From: a virus
Lineage: Duplodnaviria > Caudoviricetes
Direction: 5' to 3' (one strand)
Virus record (IMG/VR): IMGVR_UViG_3300023179_000130
Coordinates: 1-56,446 of that record
Length of the DNA: 56,446 nucleotides
Made by a program: the position numbers and the translations under genes. Positions 9,315-19,088 of this stretch are shown here, one piece after another (position 1 is the first letter of the stretch; the number at the start of each line of letters is the position of its first letter). The notes below the pieces were generated by a model, which made no database searches, had not been told where the DNA came from, and saw only the letters and a list, made by a program, of their open reading frames with translations.

Positions 9315-10967
9315 TTAAGCCTCACATGATGAACAGGTTAAAATACTACGAGCTAATTCTTGAGCTGGATTTGATGATCTTTGGTAATAAAAAGTTTTAA
9401 TACCATTTTGCCAGCCATAAATTAATAATTCACTAACTTCTTTAGCTGAGCAATTTGGTGGTATCATTAAATTTAAAGATATGGATTGATCGATATATTT
9501 TTGTCTTTGAATATTTTGTATTACAATTTCTTTTTGACTAATCTCACCAAAAGTTTTAAAAATATCTTTTTCTTCTTTGGATAGGAAAGATAAGTGTTGT
9601 ACTGATCCTCCTCTAATTAAAATATCTTTCCAAACTTCTTCATTATTTTGATTTTTATCTTTTAATAGGTTTATTAAATATGGATTTTTATATGTAAAAT
9701 TTCCTTTTGCTAATTTTTTGACAAAATAATTAGAGTTTAAAGGCTCTATTGATGGACTTACTTGTCCTAAAATAAAAGAACTTGATGTTGTGGGTGCTAC
9801 AGCGAGAGTAGTTACATTTCTACGACCATAGCCCTTTAATAGTTCTGGTTCGCCGAATAAAGAAGCTAATTCTTTGGAAGCATTATCCGCTTTTGATCTT
9901 ATAGTTTTCCAAATTTCACTATTTAACAATTTTGCATTCATTGACTCAAAGGAGATCATTTTTGATTGCAGTAGAGAATGCCATCCTAGTACTCCCATTC
10001 CGAGCGCTCTTTGATTTTTAGCAAAATTATAGGCGGTTTCCATAAATTTAATATTTTGAGTTTTTCTGATAAATTCTTCATTTACAGCGTCCAAAAAATA
10101 TATCAGTGTTTCTATAGCGTCTGTTTCTTTTATTTCATCCCAATTTAGTAGATTTAATGAAGATAATACACAAACAAAAGAATTATTTTCATCAGAGAAT
10201 AATGTGATTTCAGAGCAGAGATTAGAATTTTTAATTTTTAGGTTATTGTCCTTATATATTGTTGGGGCATTATCATTGACATTATCAATAAAAACAATAT
10301 AAGGGTATCCTGTTTCGAATCTTTTTTGAATAATTTTTGCCCATATTTTTCTTTTATCAATATCTCCATCTATCATACTTTGCATCCAACTATTAGTAAT
10401 AGTGATGCCAATACTCATATTTTGAATACTATGTCCTTCAGATCTTATTTGTAAAAATTCTTCTATATCCTTATGTTCAACTGGTAAATAGGCCGCAAAA
10501 GATCCTCTTCTAGCAGATCCTTGTGAAACAACATCTGCAACTTTATCAAATAATTCCATAAAATGAACTGGCCCACTAGATTCTCCGCCTACACTTATAT
10601 TAGCTCCGCGTGGTCTTAAATCTCCAAAGAATCCAGATGTACCACCCCCCAATTTACTCATCATGCCCACTTCTGCTACCTTATATAAGATGCTTTCCAT
10701 AGTATCTGCAATATAACTAGAAAAACAGCTAACGGGTAATCCTCTATCGTTACCAAAATTAGTCCATACTGGAGTAGCTAACGAATAAAAGCCTCTACTC
10801 ATATAGTTTTCAAATTTGTCGGCAAAACCAGATATTCCTAAAATATTTTCAGCAGTATCTGCTATTTGTCTAATTCTGGTTTCTGGTGTAATATTTGAGT
10901 TTAAATATCCTCTTTCTAAGAATAAACGACTATGCTTATTGAGCCAATAATATTTTTGTTGGGTCAT
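9315..10967 (-). CDS. nrdA: Ribonucleotide reductase class I alpha subunit
   Basis: PVSCF, GGGTS, SNLCSEI, APTTSSS, DQSIS, TFYY, C-terminal CSSC. Confidence 0.97.
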   Translation of the reverse strand: MTQQKYYWLNKHSRLFLERGYLNSNITPETRIRQIADTAENILGISGFADKFENYMSRGFYSLATPVWTNFGNDRGLPVSCFSSYIADTMESILYKVAEVGMMSKLGGGTSGFFGDLRPRGANISVGGESSGPVHFMELFDKVADVVSQGSARRGSFAAYLPVEHKDIEEFLQIRSEGHSIQNMSIGITITNSWMQSMIDGDIDKRKIWAKIIQKRFETGYPYIVFIDNVNDNAPTIYKDNNLKIKNSNLCSEITLFSDENNSFVCVLSSLNLLNWDEIKETDAIETLIYFLDAVNEEFIRKTQNIKFMETAYNFAKNQRALGMGVLGWHSLLQSKMISFESMNAKLLNSEIWKTIRSKADNASKELASLFGEPELLKGYGRRNVTTLAVAPTTSSSFILGQVSPSIEPLNSNYFVKKLAKGNFTYKNPYLINLLKDKNQNNEEVWKDILIRGGSVQHLSFLSKEEKDIFKTFGEISQKEIVIQNIQRQKYIDQSISLNLMIPPNCSAKEVSELLIYGWQNGIKTFYYQRSSNPAQELARSILTCSSCEA

Positions 10968-11037
10968 TACAAATTATCCTTTATATTTTTTAACAGAGAT
11001 TATTATGTTTATTTAGAGAGGTTTTAAATAATAGATA

Positions 11038-12009
11038 CTAAAATAGATCTTCTACGTCAAAACTTTGAGAATGTTTAGCATACTCCACCGGTCTACTATG
11101 AAAAAAATCAGTCATATTGTTACCCAGTATTTGTTCTTCAAACCATCTAGTTTCTGAAATCATATCTTGGTTAATATCAAATATTTTATCATAATTGATT
11201 TGTTTTAAAGACTCATTCATTCTATACTTAATAAACTCTTTCAATAAGTCTGTATTTAATTTTTCATGATAAAAACCATTCATAATCCATTCAATGATTT
11301 GACATTCATATTTTATTGCGTCCTTAGCTTCATGGATTATTTTCTTCTTGAGTTCATCATCAAATAGTTCTGGATATTCTTCTCTAATAGTGTTAATAAT
11401 TTTAATACCTATAATAGCATGAAGATTTTCTTCACGAGAAGTATATTCTACTTGTTTATTTGTGTCTTTTAACACATTTTTGAACCTGCCAAACCAACTA
11501 ATAATATAAAACTGCGAAAATAAAGCTATGTTTTCTACAAATAGAGTAAAAAGTATTAATGAATAAATAAATTGTTTTTTATTATTCTCATGAAATTTAT
11601 GTAAATGTTTGCGTAAATAGTTTACCCTGCCTTGTATAATATCTAGTTTAAGAATTTCATCAAAACTATCATTAATCCCCAAAACCTCTAATAGTCTTTC
11701 ATAAGCATCCCCATGAATTACTTCTGTGTTTGCCATAACATACCCCATATCATTGATAGAAGGATGAGGTAGATTGTCTCCTAATTTAGCCCAAAATTTC
11801 TTAACTGATATTTCTAGTTGGCCTATAGTAGATAATGCTCTTATGATAATTTCTTTTTCTTGGTCATTAAGATTAACTTTAAAGTCTTGAATATCACTTT
11901 GAAAATTAAACTCTCTATCTGTCCAAAAGCCATTGTGCATAGCTTCTATGAAGTTTTGTGTCCAAGGATAACAATCAGGTTTTCTTGTTATTTGTTCATT
12001 AAATATCAT
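11038..12009 (-). CDS. nrdB: Ribonucleotide reductase class I beta subunit
   Basis: FWT..E, EVIHGDAY, EENLH, DFF..R..EY. Confidence 0.97.
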   Translation of the reverse strand: MIFNEQITRKPDCYPWTQNFIEAMHNGFWTDREFNFQSDIQDFKVNLNDQEKEIIIRALSTIGQLEISVKKFWAKLGDNLPHPSINDMGYVMANTEVIHGDAYERLLEVLGINDSFDEILKLDIIQGRVNYLRKHLHKFHENNKKQFIYSLILFTLFVENIALFSQFYIISWFGRFKNVLKDTNKQVEYTSREENLHAIIGIKIINTIREEYPELFDDELKKKIIHEAKDAIKYECQIIEWIMNGFYHEKLNTDLLKEFIKYRMNESLKQINYDKIFDINQDMISETRWFEEQILGNNMTDFFHSRPVEYAKHSQSFDVEDLF

Positions 12010-12021
12010 AATATTTTTCTC

Positions 12022-12159
12022 TTATTTTTTGTGTAAAATAGCCAATAGTCCTATTATTAGTAATCCAACAAATTGTGGTCCAAGTAAATCAAAGTTTTTG
12101 GAAAAACAATACCAATAAAAGTAATTTAATATACTAATATAGAACCATAGTAGCATCAT
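12022..12159 (-). CDS. Small membrane protein (45 aa)
   Basis: Below ORF-track cutoff; hydrophobic; start overlaps the dCMP deaminase stop. Confidence 0.45.
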   Translation of the reverse strand: MMLLWFYISILNYFYWYCFSKNFDLLGPQFVGLLIIGLLAILHKK

Positions 12160-12623
12160 AATACACCACCCAAAGTCTTAAGCCATGTTAAATCGGGATC
12201 AATTTTAGAAATTTTTATACCACTCATATTAACGAATAAATCAAATCTTTTTTGAGCTTCTTCATCGAATAAATGAGTTCCATGATCATTAATCATATAG
12301 ATAGTACGCACACCTTCCTGCCACAATGAAATAGTACAATCATTACAACATTGACCAGTAACATAGGCTATACCATTATCTGGTCTAACTACACAATTAG
12401 ATAGAGCATTTCGTTCACTATGCACCATCCATGGATATTTATCTGGTCTATTTAAAGGCAATTTTGAATCATCTAGTCCTCTGGGAAAACCATTATATCC
12501 TACTCCTAAAATTCTATTATTTTGATCTGTTATTACACATCCATGTTGGGTATGAATATCATGACTTCTTTGAGAAACAACTTTAGCTATACCCAAAAAA
12601 TAATCTGTCCAATTAGGTCTCAT
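12156..12623 (-). CDS. dCMP deaminase
   Basis: W..YF, GYNGFPRG, HSERNA, CCNDC. Confidence 0.92.
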   Translation of the reverse strand: MRPNWTDYFLGIAKVVSQRSHDIHTQHGCVITDQNNRILGVGYNGFPRGLDDSKLPLNRPDKYPWMVHSERNALSNCVVRPDNGIAYVTGQCCNDCTISLWQEGVRTIYMINDHGTHLFDEEAQKRFDLFVNMSGIKISKIDPDLTWLKTLGGVL

Positions 12624-12664
12624 AAATAAAATAAATCCTTTTATATTTTTTTATATATCTGATT

Positions 12665-12955
12665 CTAATCCCTGTATGGAATTATATGTCTTCTAACAAA
12701 AAGTAAATTAAAGAAAAAACCACAAAAAGCACTTAAAATATTACTAATACCAAAAATAACATAATCTTCTAAAGGATTTAATACTAAAGTCAAACAAAGA
12801 CTAATCCAAAAACTAGAACATTCATGGCACAGTAAAGGTTTATGCAAATAGGGTATTTTTGCTATGTAGTTTCTTAATGGTACAGATATCTCTGTGTCAT
12901 TCCAAGCATAACATATTCCTAAACTAGTGATAATATAACTAAATAATTGTATCAT
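12665..12955 (-). CDS. Membrane protein, DUF1360-like
   Basis: Hydrophobic helices with LLCHECSSFW motif. Confidence 0.6.
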   Translation of the reverse strand: MIQLFSYIITSLGICYAWNDTEISVPLRNYIAKIPYLHKPLLCHECSSFWISLCLTLVLNPLEDYVIFGISNILSAFCGFFFNLLFVRRHIIPYRD

Positions 12956-13359
12956 AGAAAATACACAGTTAATGAATCTTCTTTTTCTACTATGCTAAAA
13001 GTATGAAAAACTTTTCCTATTAAAGATTTAGCAAAATTTTGCCAAGCTTCTTCTCCTTTTGGCACGGAAAAAATTTTACCACTATATGTGGTAGATAGTC
13101 TATTATGACTGGTGGTAATAAGCTCTTCATTAAAACTATTATAGTTATCTATATATTTATCTAGAATATCTGGAATAGAAGTTAGCTTGTCAAAGAAAAA
13201 TTTAAAAACCCTACCGCGACATGAACAATTAGGATTATTTCTAAAAGTTATTAAGTCTGCCAATATTTCTGGAAAATCAACCTTAAGTCTTTCAAAAGTT
13301 TTATCGTTTTTTAAAAGTAAAGGTATAGCGTCAAGATAATTATATACATTAATAATCAT
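12952..13359 (-). CDS. Hypothetical protein
   Basis: AGGAGG RBS at 13367-13372 favours ATG at 13359; NPNCSC motif. Confidence 0.6.
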   Translation of the reverse strand: MIINVYNYLDAIPLLLKNDKTFERLKVDFPEILADLITFRNNPNCSCRGRVFKFFFDKLTSIPDILDKYIDNYNSFNEELITTSHNRLSTTYSGKIFSVPKGEEAWQNFAKSLIGKVFHTFSIVEKEDSLTVYFL

Positions 13360-13463
13360 CAAATTACCTCCTGTTTTCAAAAATATGCATTGATCTGATA
13401 GAGTATTCTATCGCAAGACCTCTGTATTAGCAAAAAAAATTTTTAATCACGAGGCATTTAACA

Positions 13464-13715
13464 CTATTTAGTGCTGTTTAATTTATTATACAGAACTATT
13501 GTTAGAACGGATCCGGCTACTCCCATAAATATACCGGCAGGTTCGATACTTTGATACTCTCCAAGCATATAGCAGATAGACCCTCCTATATACGATCCAG
13601 TGATCCCTAGAGCCACCGTTTTTAAAAATCCGAAGTTCTCTTCACCGGGGACGATACTTTTAGCTATGCTACCAACAAAAATACCATATACACACCAGAC
13701 TAGTATATTAAACAT
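13464..13715 (-). CDS. GlsB/YeaQ/YmgE (transglycosylase-associated) membrane protein
   Basis: W...G...G.IAK.IVPG, LGITGSYIGG, three hydrophobic helices. Confidence 0.85.
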   Translation of the reverse strand: MFNILVWCVYGIFVGSIAKSIVPGEENFGFLKTVALGITGSYIGGSICYMLGEYQSIEPAGIFMGVAGSVLTIVLYNKLNSTK

Positions 13716-14106
13716 GAGCAGCCTCCACTAAGGTAATAATTTCATCATCCGTGAGAGTCTCTCCTGTGTCTAACAAAGCAGATAAAATTGAAAAAGAATA
13801 TTTTTCATAATCTTCTTTCTTCATTTCTCTACGTAATATTTTTTTAATTCTCATTTTTGTAAACCAACCACGATTTTTACTAAAAGTCTTTAATTGTTCT
13901 CCATACAAATTATACTTATCATTTGATGAAGATGAAGAAGATACTTTATTTTTATTACATTCTTGAAGAATTCTAACACAAGTTAATATAATACTTATTA
14001 TCATGAGTATAGTTACTATAGCAAAACCGTAGTTATCTTCTTTTGGTAATTTGGTTTTTTCTAAAATTTTAATTGCTATTGCTTTTAATTCTTCATTATC
14101 TGCCAT
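13708..14106 (-). CDS. Single-pass membrane protein
   Basis: TM segment FAIVTILMIISIILTCV; overlaps neighbour. Confidence 0.6.
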   Translation of the reverse strand: MADNEELKAIAIKILEKTKLPKEDNYGFAIVTILMIISIILTCVRILQECNKNKVSSSSSSNDKYNLYGEQLKTFSKNRGWFTKMRIKKILRREMKKEDYEKYSFSILSALLDTGETLTDDEIITLVEAAHV

Positions 14107-14108
14107 AA

Positions 14109-14465
14109 CTATCTCCTAATTATGGTCGATGGTTTACATTTATTATCGTGACATTTTGGTGTTTGTTGATCTGAATGTGGTTGAACAGAAATAATAGGTC
14201 CAATAGATATTGAACCTTTATCATTTTCACAATATGTACATTCAATTTTTTTAATACCATCTCCACTCATGTACCATCCTTTTCCTTTGCATACTGGACA
14301 ATCTTTACGTTTATATTTTTTTGTTACTTCTTGGATATGTTTAGCATTTATAATACCACCAGCAACCACAACCGGAGCTGTTGTGGATCCATAATAATGT
14401 GATTGACCAAATAGTATTGAAACACATACTAATCCAATATAATATTTGTTCATTTTTTTCTCCAT
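14109..14465 (-). CDS. Exported protein with DnaJ-type CxxCxGxG zinc finger
   Basis: N-terminal hydrophobic segment, CPVCKGKG...CTYC. Confidence 0.6.
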   Translation of the reverse strand: MEKKMNKYYIGLVCVSILFGQSHYYGSTTAPVVVAGGIINAKHIQEVTKKYKRKDCPVCKGKGWYMSGDGIKKIECTYCENDKGSISIGPIISVQPHSDQQTPKCHDNKCKPSTIIRR

Positions 14466-14653
14466 GGTAGAGGTACTATGTTAGCAATAGTATCGACTAC
14501 TTTTTTAAGTGGCCTAACTCTTGGTATCTTTTTAGGTTCAATTTTTGGATTATCTTTTTTTTGAAATTTATCAAATATATTAGCTAATCTTTCTAATACA
14601 CTAATAATTAGATTAACTAATGCTCTAATTTCTAATTTTTGTTTGATATTCAT
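14450..14653 (-). CDS. Small basic hypothetical protein
   Basis: 67-aa ORF overlapping both neighbours. Confidence 0.5.
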   Translation of the reverse strand: MNIKQKLEIRALVNLIISVLERLANIFDKFQKKDNPKIEPKKIPRVRPLKKVVDTIANIVPLPWRKK

Positions 14654-15576
14654 AAATAATCTTCAAAACCATAAGAAGGTAATTTTTGTAATGGAAAACC
14701 ATCAAAACTGCTAATAGCAAATGCTCCATTTTGTTTTATCATTATTTCAGCAACATCGCTATGAATTAAAAATGAACCGTTCGGTAATGGACCCCATTCA
14801 GGATGTCCTCCAGAGTTCCAATTTCCCCAACTGTTACATATAAGGAAACTTAAATCTGATCCAGTATCATCACAGGCAGTCCAGCTCATCGCGTGAAGCC
14901 ATTCTCCTTGTGGTTTAGCAAAACCTTTTTTATCTCTTACACTACTAAATCCTTGATTACTACATACAGATAATCCATAACCATTAGCTAGAGCATCTCT
15001 TGCTTCTTCTACTGTTCTTATTAAACTTGCGGTTTTCATTTGATGGTCATTAGCCAGATCTAAAACTTTATCTGGTAATCCTCGTCCTCCCCAACCAGCA
15101 CCAAGATTTCCATCATATTTACTAAAGTCAGCAATTCCAGGATAATTTTTTCTAACTATGATCCCTCCAACTTTGGTAACAAATTCTACTGTTCTAGCAC
15201 AACTAGATCCTTCTCCTCCATGTCCTCTTTGACCATATATAGCTTCTGTTGCTCCTCTTGCTATCCACGCTTCACGTTCTCCTTTTACGTCTATCTCTAC
15301 TGCTCTACTAATATCACAAGCATTTCTAGTAGAATGACTAGTACAATCACCCAAAGTTTGGCGTTCTGTAAAAGCTCCTCCATCAAGTTTTAAATAAGAA
15401 AGATATGGTCTGCTTAATTGTCCTTTACCAGTATTTTTAATTTTCTTTGCTCCATCTGCAAAGTAAGCATATTTAGCATTTTCCATAAAATAATCGAATA
15501 CATGAGGCTCATAGACACATCCAGCAAATCCATTTTTATATTTTTCATATAGTTCTTTTGGAGATAGTCTTGGCAT
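14650..15576 (-). CDS. Papain-like (C1 family) cysteine peptidase
   Basis: QTLGDC (oxyanion Gln, catalytic Cys), WLHAM (His), CNSWG (Asn). Confidence 0.85.
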   Translation of the reverse strand: MPRLSPKELYEKYKNGFAGCVYEPHVFDYFMENAKYAYFADGAKKIKNTGKGQLSRPYLSYLKLDGGAFTERQTLGDCTSHSTRNACDISRAVEIDVKGEREAWIARGATEAIYGQRGHGGEGSSCARTVEFVTKVGGIIVRKNYPGIADFSKYDGNLGAGWGGRGLPDKVLDLANDHQMKTASLIRTVEEARDALANGYGLSVCSNQGFSSVRDKKGFAKPQGEWLHAMSWTACDDTGSDLSFLICNSWGNWNSGGHPEWGPLPNGSFLIHSDVAEIMIKQNGAFAISSFDGFPLQKLPSYGFEDYL

Positions 15577-16082
15577 TATTTTGATCCCAGGTTACAAGCC
15601 CATGCCAAAGCATTAAAACCATTAACAGCTTTAGCTCTGAGTTCTTTGGATAATAAAATTTGATCGTCTCCAATAGCATAGACTATAACGTCTTTAGCTT
15701 CTTTCGCTAAATTAGGATATTTACCTTTTAGATCCAATCTCAACATTATGCCTGTTAAACTATTTGCTTGACGAATTTCTTCTGTATTTTTGATTACTTC
15801 ATCGTCACCATCTAATTCAACAAGCTTAGCTATATCAATATATAAATCTCTTAATCTTTTAGCATCATTTTTAGCATGTGATGTTTGGAGTAAAGAGGCA
15901 ACATCCATAGCCTCTTTTTTAAGAGTTTCATCAACTGGTTCTGGCAACTCCATTATATCAACATTAACAGGTTTAACTGGCAAGATATTTAAATTATTAA
16001 AATCTAGTCTGATTAAACCTATTACTACTAATAATCCACCAATAGTTAATAAGATATTATTAAAAAAATTATTATTTTTCAT
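15576..16082 (-). CDS. N-terminally anchored membrane protein
   Basis: TM ILLTIGGLLVVIGLI; stop/start overlap with the peptidase. Confidence 0.6.
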   Translation of the reverse strand: MKNNNFFNNILLTIGGLLVVIGLIRLDFNNLNILPVKPVNVDIMELPEPVDETLKKEAMDVASLLQTSHAKNDAKRLRDLYIDIAKLVELDGDDEVIKNTEEIRQANSLTGIMLRLDLKGKYPNLAKEAKDVIVYAIGDDQILLSKELRAKAVNGFNALAWACNLGSK

Positions 16083-16474
16083 ACTACTTTATCCTGTTTT
16101 TTAGAGCATACATTTGGACTTAAAAATGGAAACATTTGATCTGCAACCTTAACAGCTTCTGAGCATTCACTCAATTCGGCTAAATCTCTAGTTTGTTTCC
16201 AAGATGCTACTAATTTAAAAAATATATCATCACTATCTAGTGGTGTTGCTGGAATTGCTGGGGTTGTTGGGACAAAGGTGTCTGTTAGAGTATCGTTGGG
16301 GACTACAGATTTTTCTCCTTTGATTTTATTTATTAAACTCGATAATACTTCTTGAACTGGACTTAGTTTATCTTTAAATAAAACCCATAATACTAATCCT
16401 GCTCCAGCATAAAGTGCTAAATTTAATGTGCTAAGTTTGCTACTAAATTCTTGAAAACTCTCTGTAAAATTCAT
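16079..16474 (-). CDS. Single-pass membrane protein
   Basis: TM LALYAGAGLVLWVLF; GAGGA RBS. Confidence 0.6.
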   Translation of the reverse strand: MNFTESFQEFSSKLSTLNLALYAGAGLVLWVLFKDKLSPVQEVLSSLINKIKGEKSVVPNDTLTDTFVPTTPAIPATPLDSDDIFFKLVASWKQTRDLAELSECSEAVKVADQMFPFLSPNVCSKKQDKVV

Positions 16475-16498
16475 AATATTCCTCTATATTTAATTTGT

Positions 16499-16894
16499 TT
16501 ATTTGGATGTGTTTGTGTTAGGATCAACAAAAATTCCAGAATCTCTAAAGGTTGTTACCAAAGCATCTATTGAAGTACTTATCAATAGCATAAGAAGTTG
16601 TTTCACATACTTTTGTATAATAGGTTGTAAAATTTTTGGAACAAATGGAAAATCTATTATTGTGAATATTTGATCATAAAATTTACTAATCATAGCTAAT
16701 GCTAATGTTTTTTTATCAGCTCCGGCTAAATTAGGATTATTATTTTCAATATTTTGGATAATTTCTGATATTGCTAGTTGTAGAATATGCCAAGCTTGTG
16801 CTAATGCTATATTTCTATTGTTGTTATTCAATAAGATTTTAAATTTATCAACTAATAGATTTATATTATTTATTGACAGATTCAATTGTGGCAT
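16499..16894 (-). CDS. Hypothetical protein resembling the soluble part of LL-H-type holins
   Basis: GADKK..AL motif and ...IDALV C-terminus; resemblance judged by eye. Confidence 0.4.
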   Translation of the reverse strand: MPQLNLSINNINLLVDKFKILLNNNNRNIALAQAWHILQLAISEIIQNIENNNPNLAGADKKTLALAMISKFYDQIFTIIDFPFVPKILQPIIQKYVKQLLMLLISTSIDALVTTFRDSGIFVDPNTNTSK

Positions 16895-17201
16895 TATTTT
16901 TTCCTTTATTTATTTTACGTTTTTTAGGTTTTGAACTTTTTCTATTTATTCGTTTTCTTTCTTGCTCAGTAGCAGTGCTCCACCATAACTTTTTAAGTTC
17001 TGTTCTACCTTTTATATATTTAAATAGAACTGTTAATTGTCCTACTATTAGAATTGTAGCTTCTAGTCCCTTACTAGTTTCTTGAATTAAATCTTCTTTT
17101 TGACTATTACTATCTAATAATCCACAAAGATATAAACCACTAAAAACAAAACTAACCATTGTAAACCAAAATTCACTAGTCTTATAGCCTGGCTTAACCA
17201 T
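16866..17201 (-). CDS. Putative holin-like membrane protein
   Basis: KPGYKTSEFW start, two hydrophobic helices, strongly basic C-terminal tail. Confidence 0.5.
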   Translation of the reverse strand: MVKPGYKTSEFWFTMVSFVFSGLYLCGLLDSNSQKEDLIQETSKGLEATILIVGQLTVLFKYIKGRTELKKLWWSTATEQERKRINRKSSKPKKRKINKGKNNATIESVNK

Positions 17202-17216
17202 TTTAAGATCCTATAA

Positions 17217-17420
17217 TTAACCGCTCACTGTTGGTAATAATTGCACAAAAATACCATTATAGAATCTATTATCATATTTTGCTTCAATATCTGTTATAGT
17301 AGGTTTATTATTAACATAAGTATTAATTAATTGAGTATCTCCAAGCTCATTGCATGTGACAATAGATGTACCATTTTTAATTAAATTACCAGAAATAGCA
17401 ACTGATATATCTTTATTCAT
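17217..17420 (-). CDS. Hypothetical protein
   Basis: 67-aa ORF in operon. Confidence 0.5.
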   Translation of the reverse strand: MNKDISVAISGNLIKNGTSIVTCNELGDTQLINTYVNNKPTITDIEAKYDNRFYNGIFVQLLPTVSG

Positions 17421-17422
17421 TT

Positions 17423-17740
17423 TTACCTTTCTATTCTATCTTCTAATGCTTTTAAAGTATTACCTAAAGTAGCAATTTGTATTTTAAGCTCTGTCATTAC
17501 ATCAGTATTTCTTTGTAACGCCAAAGCAAAAGCAGCTTGATTTTCTTTATTACTATTAAGTCTTTCCATAATAAATTGACGATCATTAACATATGGTGAT
17601 TGTGTTTCAATCATGGCCAAAACTTCTGCTTTTGTTACCATGTTTTTTCCTATAGTAATCCAGAAGCCAATCATTGTTATAATGATGCCTATACTAGTGG
17701 TTGCTATATTTTCCCAAAAATGTATAATTGTTTCGCTCAT
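17423..17740 (-). CDS. Membrane-anchored coiled-coil protein
   Basis: N-terminal TM, C-terminal heptad pattern. Confidence 0.55.
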   Translation of the reverse strand: MSETIIHFWENIATTSIGIIITMIGFWITIGKNMVTKAEVLAMIETQSPYVNDRQFIMERLNSNKENQAAFALALQRNTDVMTELKIQIATLGNTLKALEDRIER

Positions 17741-17766
17741 AATTTAATCTCATAAATTTGTATTCT

Positions 17767-17799
17767 AAAAAAGCCAATGAAACAACTTCATTGGCTTTT
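17767..17799 (-). terminator. Intrinsic terminator
   Basis: AAAAGCCAATGAA-acaac-TTCATTGGCTTTT perfect hairpin with A/T tails, downstream of 17844-18374. Confidence 0.85.
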
Positions 17800-17843
17800 A
17801 AAGGCATTAACTTAATATAAAACTAATAAATACTAGAATAGTA

Positions 17844-18374
17844 TTAAAAATCAGTTTTCTTTGCATAATTTTTAGTAAATGGTACGGGATTCCCAATCTT
17901 GTAAACTAATTGACCAGGAACAGCGGCTGTAGGACTAGCTGCAGTATCTGTACCAAAAGAATCTACTGCTACTGTTGGACTGGATGTAAATAAACCATTA
18001 TAAATATTAAAATTACCATTTCTGATAGATGTAGCAGAACGTCTTGTTCTAACACTTTCAGTTTTATTAACTGTTCTTCTTTCATTAGGATTGGAAGAAC
18101 CGCTTCTTAAGAACGTGTTAGAAATTCCAGCTAAAGATGTTGTATATCTAATAGCTACTGGATGAGCATCATTATAAGCAAAAGTACCACCGTTTGCAGG
18201 GTCAGTATTAGTTCCATTTATTACTGTTGATGCAAATGAACTGGAGTAGTATGAAGCAGCTTTTTGGGTTTGAACAACGCCACTAGCTGCTGAACCAGCT
18301 GCTAATATAGTACCGCCTTTATTTTTTGTTGATGTTAATGTTACTGCTGATCCATTTGATTGAACTGTGGCCAT
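17844..18374 (-). CDS. Ser/Thr/Ala-rich protein, probable virion component
   Basis: Composition; GGGAG RBS; own GGTGTA motif (18420-18425) upstream and terminator downstream. Confidence 0.55.
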   Translation of the reverse strand: MATVQSNGSAVTLTSTKNKGGTILAAGSAASGVVQTQKAASYYSSSFASTVINGTNTDPANGGTFAYNDAHPVAIRYTTSLAGISNTFLRSGSSNPNERRTVNKTESVRTRRSATSIRNGNFNIYNGLFTSSPTVAVDSFGTDTAASPTAAVPGQLVYKIGNPVPFTKNYAKKTDF

Positions 18375-18428
18375 ATTTTATATCTCCCATAATATTAAGA
18401 GGGGTAACTAATATATAGTTACACCAAA

Positions 18429-19088
18429 TTATTTGAGATTATACTTTAAAAAATTTTTAAGAGTATGAATAGAGGTCATTCTAATACCAAAAATATTAGC
18501 CTTATTAAGCATGTTAAAATGATTATCATTCCAACAATTACCAGTACAAAAAATTTCTAAATTTTTCGAATTCTGATGTAAAAAAGATACAGCTATGATA
18601 TTATCGGCTAAATTATCTATAAAAAATCCCGTTGATGGAAAAATTTGTTTAATATTGAAGTCTTCCAAAATTTCACATATTTTTTTTAGACAATGATGAT
18701 CAAATACTCTATATTCTAGTATATATCTTATACCTATATTATTATTTTTACATAGTTCAGTATTAAATTTTAAATCTTCTCTTATTTTATCGTATTTTCT
18801 ATTTGATAGTAAATTTTGTGGAATAACAATATCAACAATATCTGCTCCTATTTTTGAGGCCTGATCTATTGCCATTAATCGAGTTTTACTATCAGATATA
18901 CCAAGAGGATAGTCTATCATACAAGAAACCAGTGTTTGTTTTTGATCAATTATTCCTTTAATAGTTTTGATCAAATAATATGGTGCTGTTATAGTTGAAA
19001 CTTTATTGGTCGAATTTATTTCTTTTAAAAGATCTTTAACTTGAGCATCAGTAATATCTATATTAACTATTTGGTAGTCTATTTGCAT
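18429..19088 (-). CDS. DeoC/DERA-like aldolase, catalytically degenerate
   Basis: IDYPLG, GADIVDIV, ILE, STGF match DeoC; VKTSTGF reads IFPSTGF and VKASGG reads IFCTGN. Confidence 0.75.
   Translation of the reverse strand: MQIDYQIVNIDITDAQVKDLLKEINSTNKVSTITAPYYLIKTIKGIIDQKQTLVSCMIDYPLGISDSKTRLMAIDQASKIGADIVDIVIPQNLLSNRKYDKIREDLKFNTELCKNNNIGIRYILEYRVFDHHCLKKICEILEDFNIKQIFPSTGFFIDNLADNIIAVSFLHQNSKNLEIFCTGNCWNDNHFNMLNKANIFGIRMTSIHTLKNFLKYNLK

Noticed and set aside
1677-12009. Inteins or introns in dnaB, recA, nrdA, nrdB
   Set aside because: Lengths are ordinary, frames are continuous and no intein splice motifs are visible
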